DNA of 64,000 bases from Candidatus Limnocylindrales bacterium. Its GTDB lineage: Bacteria > Chloroflexota > Limnocylindria > Limnocylindrales > CSP1-4. Below are positions 9,229-18,287 of this stretch, piece by piece. The position numbers and the translations under genes were made by a program. The stretch's first letter is position 1, and the number at the start of each line of letters is the position of its first letter. The stretch covers positions 29,864 through 93,863 of the forward strand of contig DASSHB010000031.1 in NCBI GenBank assembly GCA_035693125.1, given 5' to 3'. The notes below the pieces were generated by a model that searched no databases, was not told the DNA's origin, and saw nothing but the letters and a program-made list of their open reading frames with translations.

Positions 9229-9852
9229 TCAGGCGTCTCGGCGAACGGTCACGCGGCGGACGGTCGACTGCGGCGAATCGACCGCCTGGACGACACGGAA
9301 CCCGGCCGCCTCGAACGTCGAGAGGAGGCCGGTGTAGCCGAGCGCCGCGGGGACCCGGGCGTTACCCGGATCCACGGGATACGCCTCGAGGGCGGGCGCG
9401 CCGTGATCGCGGGCGTAGGCCGAAGCCGCGTCGAGGAGCAACGTCGTCAGACCGCGGCCGCGGGCCGCCTTCGAGACGACGAAGCAGACGATCGACCAGA
9501 CCGGCGTGTCGTCGATGGGCGGCCGGACCTTGGAGTGGACCAGGCGCTGGTAGTCCGCTCGCGGCGCGACGCTGACCCAGCCAACGGGGCGGCCGTCCTC
9601 GTACGCAAGGAGCCCCGGGGCCGGGTCACGACCCTCGTTGACGAGGCGGTGGAGCCCGTCGCGGGCCTCGCCGGCGGTGCCGAACGACCAGTCCTTCGAG
9701 CGGAGTCGCCAGAACATGCACCAGCAGGTCTTCGGGTCGCCACCCTCGCCGAAGAGCGTCGCGACGTCGTCCCAGCGCGCGGCTGTCAACGGGACGATCT
9801 CGACGGCGGCGGCGTCGAGGGGCTCACGCGGTGGAGCGCTGCGGGCCGGCAT
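9229..9852 (-). CDS. GNAT family N-acetyltransferase (CWC-motif subgroup)
   Basis: 207-aa ORF with ..DPKTCWCMFWR.., PGLLAYEDGRPVGWVSV, DDTPVWSIVCFVVSKAARGRGL and GAPALEAYPVDP. It is a clear paralogue of 61583..62197. Confidence 0.85.
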   Translation of the reverse strand: MPARSAPPREPLDAAAVEIVPLTAARWDDVATLFGEGGDPKTCWCMFWRLRSKDWSFGTAGEARDGLHRLVNEGRDPAPGLLAYEDGRPVGWVSVAPRADYQRLVHSKVRPPIDDTPVWSIVCFVVSKAARGRGLTTLLLDAASAYARDHGAPALEAYPVDPGNARVPAALGYTGLLSTFEAAGFRVVQAVDSPQSTVRRVTVRRDA

Positions 9853-9890
9853 CGCGACGATCCTAACCGGGCCGGCGGTCCACTCCTGTC

Positions 9891-10805
9891 ATGATCGCGC
9901 CGATGAACGACCACCTTGCAGCGTTCCGGCGGATGGCGACGCCGGGCCGCCGATCGATCGTCGAGCTGATCGCCGGCGGCGAGCTCGATGCGGAGCTGGC
10001 CGCGCTCGTCTGGCTGCTCGTCGAGGCGCGCCTGCCGCTCGTCGTGGCCGGGCTGGCCCGGAACGTCGGGAAGACGACGCTCCTCGAAGCCATGCTCGAC
10101 TTCCTCCCGCCGACGGCCCGGCGCGTGGACCTCGCCGGCGCGGACGAAGACTTCGCGTGGCTCCCGGAGGCGACGGCCCTCGGCTGGTCGAGCGCGGCGC
10201 CGGTCCCGACTCCTCAGGAGCCGCTGCCGGTCACGCCTGCGACGGGCTATCTCGTCGCCGGCGAGCTGTCGGAGCACCTCCCGATCTACACCTGGGGCCG
10301 CGCCGCTCGCACGCTGGTCCGTGCCGCCTCGATCGGCTACGGAATCGCGGCGACGATCCACGCCGATCGGCTCGAGGATGTCCACGACGAGCTGCGCTCT
10401 GCGGCCGTCGGGCTGACCGACGACGAGCTGTCCTACCTCGGCCTGGTCCTCGTCCTGCGACCCGTTGGCATCGACGGCGGCCATCACGCCCGGCGGGTCG
10501 TCGCGGCGCACTACGCGCGCCCGGTGGGGCGCGACGAGCACGGTCACGTCCAGCGTCTGCCCCCGGCGGTTCTCGCCGTCCACGACGAGCACGCGGATCG
10601 GCTCGAGCATTTCGCCTGGGGGATCATGCCGGAGCTGGCCCTCCGGCTGGGACGCCGCTCAGGCGACCTCGAAGCGGAGCAGCGCCGCCGGGCGGCGGTC
10701 CTCGACGGCCTCGTCCGGTCCGGGACCGTGGACGTCGAGTCCGTCCGGGCGGCGATCCGCGAGGCGCGCGCTGTCGGTGAGCCGTCGGGAACGCGCCCGA
10801 ACTGA
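9891..10805 (+). CDS. Degenerate VirB11/CpaF-like (T2SS/T4SS ATPase family) P-loop protein, orphan
   Basis: LVVAGLARNVGKTTLLEAML is Walker-A-like but has non-canonical spacing. YLVAGELSEHL...AASIGYGIAATIHADRLEDV resembles the Walker B / His-box region of secretion ATPases. No other secretion genes are nearby, and the start could be the second ATG at 9903. Confidence 0.55.
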   Translation: MIAPMNDHLAAFRRMATPGRRSIVELIAGGELDAELAALVWLLVEARLPLVVAGLARNVGKTTLLEAMLDFLPPTARRVDLAGADEDFAWLPEATALGWSSAAPVPTPQEPLPVTPATGYLVAGELSEHLPIYTWGRAARTLVRAASIGYGIAATIHADRLEDVHDELRSAAVGLTDDELSYLGLVLVLRPVGIDGGHHARRVVAAHYARPVGRDEHGHVQRLPPAVLAVHDEHADRLEHFAWGIMPELALRLGRRSGDLEAEQRRRAAVLDGLVRSGTVDVESVRAAIREARAVGEPSGTRPN

Positions 10806-10852
10806 CGGGCTCGGTCGTGGCAGGGCGCCCGACCTGCCAAGATGACCGGACG

Positions 10853-13576
10853 ATGCGCCTTCCGACAGGCCCCTCCGTCACGTTCCTGTTCACCGACATC
10901 GAAGGGTCGACCCGCCTCGAGCGTGGCGTCGGCTCGACGAGGTGGGCGGGCCTCGTCGCGCGCCACGACCGGCTCGTCCGCGACGCCGTGGAGCGGGCCG
11001 GCGGCGTCGTGGTGAAGACCGAGGGCGACGCGTTCTTCGCGGCGTTCGCGGCGCCATCGGAGGCGATCCGCGCCGCCGTCCGTGCCCAGCGCGCGCTGGC
11101 GGCCGAACCGTGGGGCGACGCGGCCCCCCGCGTCCGGATGGGCCTCCACGTGGGCGAGGGCCGGCTGCGCGAGCGGGCGGGCCCGACCGAGCCGGAGGAC
11201 TACGTCGGGATCGACGTGAACTACGCCGCGAGGGTCGCCGCGACCGGCAACGGGGGCCAGATCGTGCTGTCCGACGGGCTGGCGGATGCGATCCGTTCCG
11301 TGCTGGGCCAGGGCGACGAGCTGGCCGGTGTGGAGCTCGTCGACGAGGGACTCCGGATCGTCAAGGACTTCGACGATCCGGCTCGGCTCCATCGGCTGGT
11401 CGTGGGCGGGGCCGCCGATGATCCGCGACCGCTGCGCACGATCGATCCGCCGTCGAACCTGCCGGGCGACGTGACGGCCCTCGTCGGTCGGGACCTGGAC
11501 ATCTCGCTCGCGCGAGAGGCGCTCCTGTCGTCGAGGGTCGTGACGCTGACCGGCCCCGGTGGCAGCGGCAAGACCCGCCTGGCCCTCGGCGTGGCCCGCT
11601 CGGTCGCCGACCGCTTTCCGCATGGGACCTGGTTCGTCGATCTCGCCTCGCTCCGTGATTCGCAGCTGATCGAGACCGCGGTCGCCTCCGCGCTGGGGGT
11701 CCGTGAGTCGTCCGAGTCCGCCGTCTCGGATGCCCTCCGAGGGATGCTCCGCGATCGGTCGATGCTGCTGGTGCTGGACAATCTCGAGCAGCTCCTGCCC
11801 GGGGCGGCCGAGGTCGTCTCCGGCCTGGTCCGGGCCGCGCCGGAGCTGCGGGTGCTGGGCACGAGTCGCGAGCTGCTCCGGATCGCCGGGGAGCGCGGCT
11901 ACCCCGTGCCGCCGCTGGACCCGACGGCGGGCGTCACCCTGTTCGAGGAGCGAGCGCGGGCCCATCGGCCGGATCTGGCCCTGACCGCCGAGGTGGAGGC
12001 GACGATCCGGGCGATCTGCGACCGGCTGGGCGGCCTGCCGCTCGCGATCGAGCTGGCCGCCGCCCGGATCCGGACGCTGACGCCGGCGATGATCCTCGAG
12101 CGGCTCGGGCGGAGCCTGGACCTGACCGCCAACGCGCGCGACCTGCCCGAACGCCAGCGCACGCTCCGCGGCGCGATCGACTGGAGCCACGACCTCCTGG
12201 ACGATCCCGAGCGGCGGCTCTTCCGGCGACTGGGCGTGTTCGCCGGCGGCTGGACGATCCCGATGGCGGAGGCCGTGGTCGATCCCGAGCACGACCTCGG
12301 GATCGACCTGGTCGACGGCCTCGAATCGCTCGCCGACAAGAGCCTGACCCGGATCGAGCCGCCGAGCGGTGAAGCGGTGGCGGCCTCGGCGGAGCCGGCG
12401 GCGGCGATCGAGGACGAGGTCCGCTTCAGCCTCCACCCGCTCCTCCGCGAGTACGCCCAGGAGCGACTGACGGAGAGCGGCGAGCTGAGCCTGATGGAGG
12501 CGCGCCATGCCGACGCCGTCAGCGCGCTGGCGGAGGCGCTCGGTCCGGGCATCACCGGGCCGAATGCCGTGGCGATCCTGCGTCGGCTGGACCGCGAGGC
12601 CTACAACCTGCGGGCGGCGATCGACTGGTCGATCGACAACGACGTCGCGGATGTGGGCCTGCGGCTGTCGGGCGCGATCTGGCGCTGGTACCACCAGCGG
12701 AACCACCTCCGCGAAGGGCGGGCGATCGTGGCCGAGCTCCTGGGCCGGACACCGCATGGCGACCCGCGCGTCCGGATCGCGGGGCTGGCCGCCCAGGGTG
12801 GCCTGGCCTACTGGATGTCCGACGTCGACGGGGCCGAGACCGCCTACGGCGAGCGGCTGGCGATCGCCGAGTCGATCGGGGATCCCGCGCTCCTCGCGGA
12901 CGCCCACTACGACTTCGGCTTCATCGGGATGCTCCGGAAGGACGGCGCCAGCCTGCGCCGGCACGAGGACGTGGCGATCCGGCTCTACGAGCAGATCGGC
13001 GACGCTGCCGGCACGATCCGCGCCCGGCAGGCGCTCGTGCTCGCCGTGTTCCTGGCCGGCGAGCTCGTGTCCGCCCGTGACCTCGAGGAGCAGAACCTCC
13101 TGGCGTTCCGACGCACCAGCTCATGGAACGAGATCGCGGACAGCCTGACGTTCCTCACGGCCGTCCACATGCGTCTGGACGAACGCGGGATCGCCTGGTC
13201 GCGGCTGGCCGAGGCGCTCCGGATGTTCGCGGATGCGACCAACGCGTCAGGCCTCGCCCGAAGCCTGGGCATCGCCTCGCTCCTGCTGTTCCGGTCGGAC
13301 GAGCCGGAGCTCGGGGCGCGGGTCGCGGGGGCGGCGTACGAGCTGGTTCGCGTCCACGGCGTGATGATGGCCCCGGTGGTGGTCCTCCATCTCCCCGACC
13401 CTCGGGTCGAGGCCGCGGAGCACCTCGGGGCCGCCCGAGCCGACGAGCTCCTGGCGGCCGGGGCTGCCACGCCGATCGACGACGTCGTCGCCGAGACGAT
13501 GGCGTTCGCGGTCGCGGCGTCTGCGGCCGTCGCGGCGGCGCCGGCCGGATCGTCGTCGTCCGGCGGCGGGGCCTGA
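10853..13576 (+). CDS. Class III adenylate/guanylate cyclase fused to a STAND (NB-ARC-like) ATPase and TPR-like repeats
   Basis: Start at MRLPTG. Cyclase motifs VTFLFTDIEGSTRL and VKTEGDAFFAAF. P-loop VTLTGPGGSGKTRLAL, Walker B LLVLDNLEQL, GLPLAIELAA, and a long helical-repeat C-terminus. Confidence 0.85.
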   Translation: MRLPTGPSVTFLFTDIEGSTRLERGVGSTRWAGLVARHDRLVRDAVERAGGVVVKTEGDAFFAAFAAPSEAIRAAVRAQRALAAEPWGDAAPRVRMGLHVGEGRLRERAGPTEPEDYVGIDVNYAARVAATGNGGQIVLSDGLADAIRSVLGQGDELAGVELVDEGLRIVKDFDDPARLHRLVVGGAADDPRPLRTIDPPSNLPGDVTALVGRDLDISLAREALLSSRVVTLTGPGGSGKTRLALGVARSVADRFPHGTWFVDLASLRDSQLIETAVASALGVRESSESAVSDALRGMLRDRSMLLVLDNLEQLLPGAAEVVSGLVRAAPELRVLGTSRELLRIAGERGYPVPPLDPTAGVTLFEERARAHRPDLALTAEVEATIRAICDRLGGLPLAIELAAARIRTLTPAMILERLGRSLDLTANARDLPERQRTLRGAIDWSHDLLDDPERRLFRRLGVFAGGWTIPMAEAVVDPEHDLGIDLVDGLESLADKSLTRIEPPSGEAVAASAEPAAAIEDEVRFSLHPLLREYAQERLTESGELSLMEARHADAVSALAEALGPGITGPNAVAILRRLDREAYNLRAAIDWSIDNDVADVGLRLSGAIWRWYHQRNHLREGRAIVAELLGRTPHGDPRVRIAGLAAQGGLAYWMSDVDGAETAYGERLAIAESIGDPALLADAHYDFGFIGMLRKDGASLRRHEDVAIRLYEQIGDAAGTIRARQALVLAVFLAGELVSARDLEEQNLLAFRRTSSWNEIADSLTFLTAVHMRLDERGIAWSRLAEALRMFADATNASGLARSLGIASLLLFRSDEPELGARVAGAAYELVRVHGVMMAPVVVLHLPDPRVEAAEHLGAARADELLAAGAATPIDDVVAETMAFAVAASAAVAAAPAGSSSSGGGA

Positions 13577-13583
13577 GCGCGGG

Positions 13584-14384
13584 ATGCTCCTCGGGATCGA
13601 CCACCTCGTCCTCGCGACCGAGGACCCCGATGCGGCCGCAGCCGAGCTCGAGCGCAAGCTCGGGCTGGCGGTGGGTGGCGGCGGCCGGCACGACGCCCTG
13701 GGGACCCTGAACCGGCTCGTCTGGCTCGGCGACGCCTACCTGGAGCTGATCGGCGTGTTCGACGCCGAGCTGGCGGCGCGAAGCTGGCTCGGGCGGCCGG
13801 TTCTCGACGCGCTGGCGTCGGGGACGGGGCTCGTGACCTGGGCGATCGCGGTCGACGATCTCGAGGAGGCGCTCCGCTGGGGACCCCCGGACGGGGGCCT
13901 CGACGGGCCGCTCGATGGTGAGCGGCGGCGGCCCGACGGGCGCGTGGTGCGCTGGCGGATGGCACGACCCCCGGAGCCGTCGCCCGTGGCGCCCTTCCTG
14001 ATCGAGCACGACCCGGCGGGCGCCGAGTGGACGGCGGAGGAACGAGCGACCCGGGCGGAGGAGCGCCACCCCGTCGGCGGCCGCGTTCGCCTCGTCGGCG
14101 TGGAGATCGCGACGCCGTCACCCGCCGTCGCGGCCGGCGGCTTGCGGCGGCTCCTCGCCGCGGCCGTGGAGCCGGCTGGTCGCGGCGCCGTCCGGGTCCG
14201 GCTCGGCGCCCACGAGGCACGGCTCGTCGTCGAGCGGCCGCGGGGTCCGGCGGGGATCGACCTCCTCGCCGATGTCCCGCTCCGGACCCGGGTGACCCGG
14301 ATCGGCGACTGCGACATCCGACTCCGCGGGCAGCCGGTGGAGGCCGTGCCGCCGCCGCCGGACGAGGACCTGCCCGGCGTTTGA
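13584..14384 (+). CDS. VOC family protein (Glyoxalase_3-like)
   Basis: MLLGIDHLVLATEDPDAAAAELERKLGL..GGRHDALGTLNRLVWLGDAYLELIGV is the typical N-terminus of the glyoxalase-like domain family. Confidence 0.75.
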   Translation: MLLGIDHLVLATEDPDAAAAELERKLGLAVGGGGRHDALGTLNRLVWLGDAYLELIGVFDAELAARSWLGRPVLDALASGTGLVTWAIAVDDLEEALRWGPPDGGLDGPLDGERRRPDGRVVRWRMARPPEPSPVAPFLIEHDPAGAEWTAEERATRAEERHPVGGRVRLVGVEIATPSPAVAAGGLRRLLAAAVEPAGRGAVRVRLGAHEARLVVERPRGPAGIDLLADVPLRTRVTRIGDCDIRLRGQPVEAVPPPPDEDLPGV

Positions 14385-14409
14385 CGCTGCAACGACCCAG
14401 TCGTACGCT
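14381..14409 (+). promoter_or_regulatory. Candidate promoter giving a leaderless transcript for the AAA+ gene
   Basis: TTGACG (14381-14386), a 17-nt spacer, TACGCT (14404-14409), then 8 nt to the GTG at 14418. No SD is present between them. Confidence 0.5.
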
Positions 14410-14417
14410 CGGCGCCC

Positions 14418-15863
14418 GTGGTTGCTTCGCCGTCCGATCCCGTCACCCGGCCGCAGACGCTCGGTGAGCTGCGCGCCACGGGCTGGACGAGCCGGACCGT
14501 CAAGGCGGAGCTGCGGACCAACCTCCTCGCCCGGCTGGCCGCGAACCGCCCGATCGTCAGCGGCATCGTGGGCTACGACGAGACGGTCCTGCCGGCGATC
14601 GAGAACGCGATCATCGCCGGCCAGGACCTCGTCCTCCTCGGCGAGCGCGGCCAGGCGAAGACCCGCCTCGCCCGGCTGCTCGTGGGCCTCCTCGACGAGG
14701 CACTGCCGGTCGTCCGTGGCGGCGAGCTGAACGACGACCCGCTCGCGCCGATCAGCCCGAGCGCCCGGGCGATCGTGGAGGAGCACGGCGACTCGACGCC
14801 GCTCGACTGGCTGCCCCGCGACCGCCGCTACGCCGAGAAGCTGGCCACGCCGGACATCACGATCGCCGACCTGATCGGCGAGGTCGACCCGATCCGCGTG
14901 GCGGAAGGCCGCTACCTGAGCGACGAGCTGACGCTCCACTACGGCCTGATCCCGCGAGCGAACCGCGGCATCTTCGCGATCAACGAGCTGCCCGATCTGG
15001 CCGAACGGATCCAGGTGGGGCTGCTGAACATCCTCGAAGAGCGCGACGTGCAGATCCGCGGCTTCACTGTCCGCCTCCCGCTCGACCTGTTCGTCGTCGC
15101 GAGCGCGAATCCCGAGGACTACACGTCTCGCGGCCGGATCATCACGCCGCTCAAGGACCGTCTGGGCTCGCAGGTCCGGACCCATTACCCGCGCACCCTC
15201 GATCACGAGCTCGAGATCGTGCGCCAGGAGAAGCAGCGCTTCGCCGGCGAGGAGGGCGAGCCGACGGTCGTCGTGCCCGCATTCGTCGAGGAGCTGCTCG
15301 CCGAGCTGACCCATCTCGCCCGCCGCTCCCCGGAGATCTCGCAGCGGAGCGGGGTGAGCGTCCGCGTCACTGTCGCGAACACCGAGGTCCTCGAGGCCGC
15401 GGCCCTGCGCCGGGCGGTCCGCCTCGGGGAGACCGTGGCCGCGCCGCGCGTCTCGGACCTCGGCGCCGTCATCGCCTCGACGGTCGGCAAGATCGAGCTC
15501 GAATCGGTGGGCGACGAGGCCCCCGAGGAGCGAATCGTCGAGCGGCTGATCACGAAGGCCCTGTTCGCGACGTTCGGGCGGCGGGTCGACGTCGACGACC
15601 TGGACGATGTCGTGCTGGCCTTCGAGGACGGCCTCGTCGTCGACACCGGAGAGCGCGTCCCATCGCGCGACTACGTGCGCTGGATGGCCGAGATCCCGGG
15701 GCTCCACGACGCGGTCCGCCGGCTCGGCACGTTCGACGTGACCGACGGGGCGGAGGAGCCGGCGGTCGTCGCCTCGGCCGTCGAGTTCCTCCTCGAAGGC
15801 CTCCACCTGTCGCGCCGAATCAACAAGGATCGCTCGGGAGCGGGCACGGTCTACCGGCGATGA
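14418..15863 (+). CDS. ChlI/MoxR-like AAA+ ATPase (Mg-chelatase subunit I family)
   Basis: Walker A LLGERGQAKT, Walker B GIFAINELPDL and ..LLNILEERDVQIRG... The arrangement with the downstream vWA protein mirrors ChlI/ChlD and MoxR/vWA pairs. Confidence 0.85.
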   Translation: MVASPSDPVTRPQTLGELRATGWTSRTVKAELRTNLLARLAANRPIVSGIVGYDETVLPAIENAIIAGQDLVLLGERGQAKTRLARLLVGLLDEALPVVRGGELNDDPLAPISPSARAIVEEHGDSTPLDWLPRDRRYAEKLATPDITIADLIGEVDPIRVAEGRYLSDELTLHYGLIPRANRGIFAINELPDLAERIQVGLLNILEERDVQIRGFTVRLPLDLFVVASANPEDYTSRGRIITPLKDRLGSQVRTHYPRTLDHELEIVRQEKQRFAGEEGEPTVVVPAFVEELLAELTHLARRSPEISQRSGVSVRVTVANTEVLEAAALRRAVRLGETVAAPRVSDLGAVIASTVGKIELESVGDEAPEERIVERLITKALFATFGRRVDVDDLDDVVLAFEDGLVVDTGERVPSRDYVRWMAEIPGLHDAVRRLGTFDVTDGAEEPAVVASAVEFLLEGLHLSRRINKDRSGAGTVYRR

Positions 15864-16032
15864 GCTCCGGGCCTGGAGGCGAGTCGCGCGTGACCTCCGC
15901 CCGCCGTCCCGCTTCGTGCATCGGCGGACACGCTCCGGCGGCCGGCGGGCCAGCGCGCCATGCACCAAGCAGCATCGCCGGCAGGACCTTCGCCGGCAGG
16001 ACGCTCGCCGGGCGGGCGTCCGAGACCGTCCG

Positions 16033-18201
16033 ATGACGGCGGGATACACCCCGGATCCGCGCGACCTGGCGGCGCCGGCTGCCGCCGAGGCCGGCCGCGA
16101 CGCCCTCCTGAGCCGCGCGGCCCGCTACGCCCGCTGGGACGGGACCCAGACGATCCCGGCCCTCGACGCGGACGAGATCCTGGACGCCCTCGCCGACGAC
16201 GTGATGGCCGAGGGCGACCTCTCGGAGGCGCTGCGCCGCCTGATGGAGCGCGGCTGGCGGACGAGCGATCCAACGCGGCGTGACCTGCCCGGGCTCGACG
16301 AGCTGCGCGAGCGGCTGCGCCGGCGGCGCGAGGAGCTCCAGGAGCGATACCAGCTCCGTGACGTCCTCGCCGACGTCCGCCAGGAGCTCGACGACATCGT
16401 CGCCCAGGAACGAGCCGGGATCGAGCGGCGCCTCGACGAGGCAGCCGCCGGCCCGCCGACGGGCGGCTCGCCGACGGGCGGCTCGCCGACGGGCGGCGCG
16501 GAGCCCGATGCGGCCGACGCGGCGCTCCGGAACATGCTCCGCGACGCGGCCGCCCGGCGGATCGACCAGCTCGACGCCCTGCCGCGCGACGTCGGCGGGC
16601 GGATCCGCCGCCTCGAGGAGTACGACTTCATGGAGCCGGCGGCTCGCGACCGGTTCAACGAGCTGACCGAGCGGCTCCGCAAGCAGACCCTCGACCGGTT
16701 CGTGGAAGGCCTGAGCGAGGCGATCCAGGGCACGACCCCCGAGGAGCTCCAGGCGAACCGGGACATGGTCCGCGACCTGAACTCGCTCCTCGAGGAGCGC
16801 CTGGAGGGGCGCGAGCCGGGCCAGGATCAGGTCGACGACTTCCTCGCCCAGCACGGCCGCTTCTTCCCGGGCGCCCGGACGCTCGACGACATCGTCGAGC
16901 AGCTCACCCAGCGGATGGCGGCGATGCAGTCGCTCCTCCGCTCGATGACCCCGCAGCAGCGGGCCGAGCTCCAGTCGATGATGGATGCGCTCCTCCGCGA
17001 CGATCGGCTGCGCTGGGACCTGGCGAGGCTCGCATCGAACCTGGACCAGCTGATGCCGGATGGGCTCGGCGAGGGCTACGACTTCAGCGGCGAGGAGTCG
17101 CTGGGCCTGGAGCCGGCCCTCGACCGGATCGGCCAGCTCCAGGCCCTCGATGCGCTCGAGGACGAGCTCGGCGCGATCGAGAGCCCCGGCGACCTGGCCG
17201 GCCTCGACCGCGACGGCGTGCGCGATCTCCTCGGCCCGGACGCCGCGCGCGATCTGGAGGCCCTCGATGAGCTCGCACGGCAGCTCGAAGCTGCCGGGTA
17301 CCTCACCCGCGATGGCGACCGCCTCGAGCTCACGCCGCGGGGCAGCCGGCGGATCGGCCAGAAGGTCCTCGACGACCTGTTCGCCCGGCTCTCGCGCGAC
17401 GCCTTCGGGGGCCACCGGATCGACCGCGCCGGCCGGGGAGGGGAGCGCGAGGAGACGACGAAGCCGTACGAGTTCGGCGATCCGTTCCATCTCGACATCC
17501 GGGGCACCATCGACAACGCCCTGCGTCGGCCCGAGAACGCGCCCGAGGCTCGATTGGGGCGCGGCGATCCCGGCGTCCGCCTCTCACCGCGCGACTTCGA
17601 GGTGTTCCGGACCGAGCAGCTGACCCGGACCTCGACCGTCCTGCTCGTCGACATGAGCCGCTCGATGCTCCTGCGCGGCTGCTTCCTGGCGGCGAAGAAG
17701 GTCGCCGTCGCGCTCGATACGCTGATCCGGACCCAGTTCCCTCACGACGACCTGACCGTCATCGGGTTCGCCTACTACGCCCGCGAGCTGCGGCCGGAGG
17801 CCCTGGCCGAGCTGACCTGGCACGGCTACGAGTACGGGACGAACCTCCAGCACGGCCTGATGCTCGCTCGACGGATCCTCGCCCGGCAGCGCGGCGCCAA
17901 CCGCCAGGTCGTCGTGATCACCGACGGCGAGCCCACGGCCCACTTCGAGAATGGCCAGGTCGAGTTCAGCTACCCGCCGACGCGGCGGACGATCACCGAA
18001 ACCCTCCGCGAGGTCCAGCGCTGCACCCGCGACGGGATCACGATCAACACATTCATGCTCGAGCGATCGCGCGCCCTGGCCGAGTTCGTGGCCCTCGTCA
18101 CCCGGTTGAACCGCGGCCGGGCCTTCTACGCGACGCCGGAGCGGCTCGGCGAATACGTGCTGGTGGATTTCGTCTCGGGCCGGACGCGCGCCGCGAGCTG
18201 A
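16033..18201 (+). CDS. vWA domain-containing protein (ChlD/COG4867-like partner of the AAA+ ATPase)
   Basis: Start at MTAGYTPD. C-terminal vWA domain with the MIDAS-like VLLVDMSRSM ... GTNLQHGL ... VVVITDGEPT. The N-terminal part is long and acidic/helical. Confidence 0.85.
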   Translation: MTAGYTPDPRDLAAPAAAEAGRDALLSRAARYARWDGTQTIPALDADEILDALADDVMAEGDLSEALRRLMERGWRTSDPTRRDLPGLDELRERLRRRREELQERYQLRDVLADVRQELDDIVAQERAGIERRLDEAAAGPPTGGSPTGGSPTGGAEPDAADAALRNMLRDAAARRIDQLDALPRDVGGRIRRLEEYDFMEPAARDRFNELTERLRKQTLDRFVEGLSEAIQGTTPEELQANRDMVRDLNSLLEERLEGREPGQDQVDDFLAQHGRFFPGARTLDDIVEQLTQRMAAMQSLLRSMTPQQRAELQSMMDALLRDDRLRWDLARLASNLDQLMPDGLGEGYDFSGEESLGLEPALDRIGQLQALDALEDELGAIESPGDLAGLDRDGVRDLLGPDAARDLEALDELARQLEAAGYLTRDGDRLELTPRGSRRIGQKVLDDLFARLSRDAFGGHRIDRAGRGGEREETTKPYEFGDPFHLDIRGTIDNALRRPENAPEARLGRGDPGVRLSPRDFEVFRTEQLTRTSTVLLVDMSRSMLLRGCFLAAKKVAVALDTLIRTQFPHDDLTVIGFAYYARELRPEALAELTWHGYEYGTNLQHGLMLARRILARQRGANRQVVVITDGEPTAHFENGQVEFSYPPTRRTITETLREVQRCTRDGITINTFMLERSRALAEFVALVTRLNRGRAFYATPERLGEYVLVDFVSGRTRAAS
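16456..16497 (+). repeat. 15-bp tandem repeat (2.8 copies) inside the vWA gene
   Basis: CCGACGGGCGGCTCG x2 plus the partial CCGACGGGCGGC, encoding PTGGS-PTGGS-PTGG. Confidence 0.85.
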
Positions 18202-18287
18202 TGGCGCGCAATCGCGTCAAGACGTGCGGTGCGCGCGACTATTCTTCGAAGGACTGACACCGGACGCCGTACAGAGAGGGAGTGCCC

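Noticed and set aside
10544-12964. Very long antisense or alternative-frame ORFs: 10544..12964 (-) 806 aa, 23476..25965 (-) 829 aa, 58243..60786 (-) 847 aa, 15820..17490 (-) 556 aa, 32514..34229 (-) 571 aa, 44544..46463 (-) 639 aa, and many others in the track.
   Set aside because: Their translations are Arg/Pro/Gly/Ala-rich with no recognisable motifs. They lie opposite or out of frame to ORFs with clear family signatures. Stop-codon depletion in very GC-rich DNA produces such shadow ORFs routinely.
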